Assembly: GCA_964351525.1 (NCBI GenBank)
Contig: CAYGOD010000002.1
Location: forward strand, 422,327-486,326
Reading direction: 5' to 3'
DNA length: 64,000 nt
DNA from: an uncultured Bdellovibrionales bacterium
Lineage (GTDB): Bacteria > Pseudomonadota > Alphaproteobacteria > Micavibrionales > GCA-2720935
In this document: positions 61,116-64,000 of the stretch, one piece after another
How positions within the stretch are numbered: the stretch's first letter is position 1
How the letters are laid out: every line of letters starts with the position of its first letter
Notes under the pieces: model-generated
Databases searched by the model: none
What the model was told of the DNA's origin: nothing
What the model saw: the letters and a program-made list of their open reading frames with translations, nothing else
Program-made: the position numbers and the translations under genes

Positions 61116-63773
61116 ATGAGTATAGCTGACGATATTGCGAAACAACGCAACCGACCGGTACGTGAAAAAACACGCACAATCATGCGCACCTTGTTCATGC
61201 CAGAAATCAAACTCAGTTTTGGTACAACGGGCATGACACACCGCGCTTTCTTAAGCGTGATTGCCGCAATGTTCATTCAATCTGGATTATTGGCCTATAA
61301 CCACCCCGCAAAATCAATGGATACTATCGGCTCTTATGGCTTACGCGATTTGATGGGCGAGGCATGGTATAACCTGCGCCATCGTGGCACGGGCGATATT
61401 CAACAATACGGCCTATTCTTCAGTGTCTTTCTCCTTTTCGCCCTCGCCATTATGATGGTCGTAACCTTCGCCGCACAAATGTTCACAAGTGTGGCACAGG
61501 CCGCAGGCGCAGGAACACCAGGTGGTTTATTCACCTCCCCAGACCCAGATAATGATATTGGTTTGCAGCTTATTAAATATTTGGTTGGCATGGCTTCAGA
61601 AGGCGGCGGTGGTGCTGCTGAGCAAGCGCTGGGAACAGCGCTATCTATGTATTCATATGGTGTTCTTGTAATCGCTACTTTTATTATCGCATGGGCCATC
61701 TTGTCAATCGTGGTTGATACTGCGGCTACTGGTAAATTCTTCGGTGGGCGCCATAATCCTGTTTGGTGGCCAATACGCCTTATTTTTGCGTTGGGTATTT
61801 TGATTCCTTTGGGGCACGGCTTTAACGCAGGACAATATATGGTTATTCAAATTGCGAAATGGGGTTCTAACCTAGCGTCAAATGTTTGGGTTGCATATGT
61901 TGATGATCTTTTAAGTGACGGAATGGCGGAGTTTATTGCAAATAAATACCCTCCAGGAGAGGTCGCCCAAGATATGAAGTCTATTGCAAAGATCGCTCTA
62001 TGTATGCACGGGACAAATAAAACGCTTTCCGATCAAGGGAAAACGTCGAGCTATAAAAAATGGATTCGGCCTCATGCTCCTGTACTGCGTAAAGGAAAAG
62101 AGTATGTCTACACTGTCGGCGAGGCTTCAGGTTTGTTTAGAAATAAAGCCAAGTGTGGTCGTATTATTGTATCGAAAAATTTAGCAGGTGGGACAAAAGA
62201 ATCTTCAAACAACGATGAAGATTGGTCTTTTACAGCGCTTGCCAATTCTATTATTTCAAGCAGTAATCTCCACGATGAATATTTTACAATATATAATGAT
62301 ACTTATGCAAGGCTTTTAAGCAATGCTGACCCCATAGGGAGTGGCTTTGTAGACGCATTCTATAGTTCAGGCGCGAATTTTGATACGAGCTCCGTTTCTG
62401 CATCACTGGGACCTATGGTTGATACCTATATGAATTACGAAAGCAGGATGAATGACGCTACTGAGGCCGCTATAACTGCTAATGAAGGCTACATTGAAGA
62501 TGTTATGAATGAAGTTAAATCAGCAGGGTGGCCAATGGCATCATTATGGTATTACGTCATTAGTAGTGCCAATGCACAGTTGGATGCAGCAGTTAAATCA
62601 GCACCGAGTGTTGATGTCGGGTATTTCAATGATCCTTCTACAAAAGACCTAACGCGATATGAACGCAAGCACAACCAAAGAGCACGAGAAAATGAAGGAC
62701 AACGCGTCTACATTCAATTTGATCAATGGTGGAATTCACAAGTCTCAAACATATTGGATAGTGCGACAGCGCAGGAAACAAATCCAACGCGTCTTGGCTT
62801 CTATGGAGCCCTAGAAACAACATCTGTTGAAAGGGGGTCTAATGACGCAGGAACACAAAGTAAATTATTTGATTCTAAGGCTGTATGGACAGTAATGGCA
62901 AAATTTAATGGCAGCTTAAAGAACCTTTCCATTTCTGGGGATGGCCCGCACCCAATCGTTGTTATGGCTGAGATAGGTCGGGAAATGATTTGGGCTGCCA
63001 CAGGTATTATACTGGCAGCTACAGTGGTGCCTTTTGGTCTTGCAATGGTTGCTGCGGCAGTTCCTTTTGTCGGTAATGTTGGTGCTGCTATGGCAGAAGG
63101 GGTCCAATTCTTTGGCCTTCTAATGTTCGTTCTTGTAAGCCCCCTTATGATTGGTGGGGTTGTATTGTCAATAATTTTACCCATGACGCCTTTCATTCGT
63201 TTTGTATTCGCTATCTCAGGGTGGTTAATCGCGATAATTGAAGCAGTCGTTATGGTTCCTATCATGGCTCTTGGACATTTGCGTACAGATGGTGAAGGAA
63301 TTATGGGGCCTATGCTTCAATCTGCTTATATTATGATGTTGCAACTATTGTTGCGTCCTGTACTGATTTTACTTGGATTAATTTTCTCAATGTTCTTAGT
63401 AAGCGTGACTGTCGGATTTGTTAATGATATGTTCATGGCAATGCTTGATACAATTCCTATCGGTGGTGGCTGGAATCCACTTAATCACATAATCCGTTTT
63501 GTGGGATTTGGTGTCATGTATGGTGTTCTTATGTTTGGGTTAATTAATTCTTCATTCAAGATTGTAGATTTATTCCCAGAAGCTGTTGTGAAATATTTAG
63601 GCTCCGGTGCCTCTGGTGGTATGCAAGATCGCGAGGAAAGCGGCTTTAATCAGGCGATTCTAGCATCCGCAGTCTTCGCTAGCGGGAACCCAATAGATAA
63701 AGGTTCTGCGAAAGCGGGGCTTAAAACTAAGACGGATGCAATAAAAGGCCCTAAAGGTAAAGGTGAAGACTAG
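61116..63773 (+). CDS. Large polytopic membrane protein, tentatively DotA/TraY-like (type IVB secretion family)
   Basis: 885 aa. TAATGKFFGGRHNPVWWPIRLIFALGILIPLGHGFNAGQYMVIQIAKWGSNLA resembles my recollection of the DotA/TraY signature (TAHEGEVMG.R…W.P.R…LIP…GY…Q). It has a large central soluble domain and a C-terminal TM bundle. Confidence 0.4.
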   Translation: MSIADDIAKQRNRPVREKTRTIMRTLFMPEIKLSFGTTGMTHRAFLSVIAAMFIQSGLLAYNHPAKSMDTIGSYGLRDLMGEAWYNLRHRGTGDIQQYGLFFSVFLLFALAIMMVVTFAAQMFTSVAQAAGAGTPGGLFTSPDPDNDIGLQLIKYLVGMASEGGGGAAEQALGTALSMYSYGVLVIATFIIAWAILSIVVDTAATGKFFGGRHNPVWWPIRLIFALGILIPLGHGFNAGQYMVIQIAKWGSNLASNVWVAYVDDLLSDGMAEFIANKYPPGEVAQDMKSIAKIALCMHGTNKTLSDQGKTSSYKKWIRPHAPVLRKGKEYVYTVGEASGLFRNKAKCGRIIVSKNLAGGTKESSNNDEDWSFTALANSIISSSNLHDEYFTIYNDTYARLLSNADPIGSGFVDAFYSSGANFDTSSVSASLGPMVDTYMNYESRMNDATEAAITANEGYIEDVMNEVKSAGWPMASLWYYVISSANAQLDAAVKSAPSVDVGYFNDPSTKDLTRYERKHNQRARENEGQRVYIQFDQWWNSQVSNILDSATAQETNPTRLGFYGALETTSVERGSNDAGTQSKLFDSKAVWTVMAKFNGSLKNLSISGDGPHPIVVMAEIGREMIWAATGIILAATVVPFGLAMVAAAVPFVGNVGAAMAEGVQFFGLLMFVLVSPLMIGGVVLSIILPMTPFIRFVFAISGWLIAIIEAVVMVPIMALGHLRTDGEGIMGPMLQSAYIMMLQLLLRPVLILLGLIFSMFLVSVTVGFVNDMFMAMLDTIPIGGGWNPLNHIIRFVGFGVMYGVLMFGLINSSFKIVDLFPEAVVKYLGSGASGGMQDREESGFNQAILASAVFASGNPIDKGSAKAGLKTKTDAIKGPKGKGED

Positions 63774-63801
63774 GCCGTTTGAAAAACATATATTTTTTAA
63801 A

Positions 63802-63832
63802 ACGCGCGATAATTATATCGTGCGTTTTTTTT
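63802..63832 (+). terminator. Terminator after the DotA-like gene
   Basis: ACGCGCGAT-aattat-ATCGTGCGT (one G-U pair) followed by T8. Confidence 0.65.
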
Positions 63833-63932
63833 GTATTTTCTCCTCGCATATTCTTATTCATTTCTTGATGAAACTCGGCTACTCTAAAACTCATATAAGA
63901 ACCTGATTATTTGAATAAAGGGCGTTGGGCTA

Positions 63933-64000
63933 TGTCTCGTTTTACACTATTATCTTTTTTGTCTATTTTTGTGATTTTTCTAATGGTGCATGATAATTGT
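63933..64000 (+). CDS. Start of an ORF with a signal-peptide-like N-terminus (truncated by the window end)
   Basis: ATG at 63933 gives MSRFTLLSFLSIFVIFLMVHDNC…. Only 22 codons are visible. Confidence 0.3.

Noticed and set aside
1-64000. Search for rRNA, tRNA, CRISPR arrays, IS elements/transposases, integrases and prophage genes.
   Set aside because: I saw no tRNA-like T-arm motifs, no regularly spaced direct repeats beyond the short ones reported, and no transposase- or integrase-like ORFs in the track. Absence is based on reading only, without tRNAscan or Infernal.

Overview
About 46 kb of this window (1-46251) is a large flagellar gene cluster from a fairly AT-rich alphaproteobacterium. 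The lineage call rests on FlbT/FlaF, FliX plus an FlbD-like sigma-54 activator, GcrA and a CckA-like kinase. I recognise more than 45 flagellar, motor and chemotaxis genes. On the minus strand: flhG(partial)-flhF-flhA-flbD-motA-fliN-fliH-fliG-fliF; flaF-flbT-flagellin and a second flbT-flagellin copy; flgE-flgD-fliK; flgI-flgJ(rod-binding only); flgH-flgA-flgG-flgF; fliP-fliO. On the plus strand: fliX-dksA; fliL-fliM-x-motE-like; cheY-cheZ; two MotB-like genes and a giant AMIN/TPR protein; flgB-flgC-fliE; fliQ-fliR-flhB. The right third carries a cckA-like hybrid kinase, recA, gcrA, an MFP-RND-fadD operon, a CobD/CbiB-like membrane protein, an HTH repressor, a degenerate EAL protein and a DotA/TraY-like polytopic protein at the window edge. 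I found no rRNA, tRNA, CRISPR array, transposase or integrase. Most noteworthy: (1) a possible stator-anchoring module made of two 226-aa degenerate MotB-like proteins plus a 1134-aa AMIN/TPR protein, with an orphan motA 29 kb away; (2) a three-gene non-flagellar insertion (cytosolic serine hydrolase plus two uncharacterised, possibly paralogous proteins) inside the late flagellar genes; (3) a lone Abi-like two-TM gene between dksA and flgH; (4) near-consensus sigma-54 promoters, each paired with an upstream GGCA-N5-TRCC dyad; (5) two poly-C8 tracts inside fliN and a flaG-like gene; (6) a frameshifted TSUP/TauE transporter. All functional calls come from reading the translated ORFs and recalling family motifs; no database search was possible.
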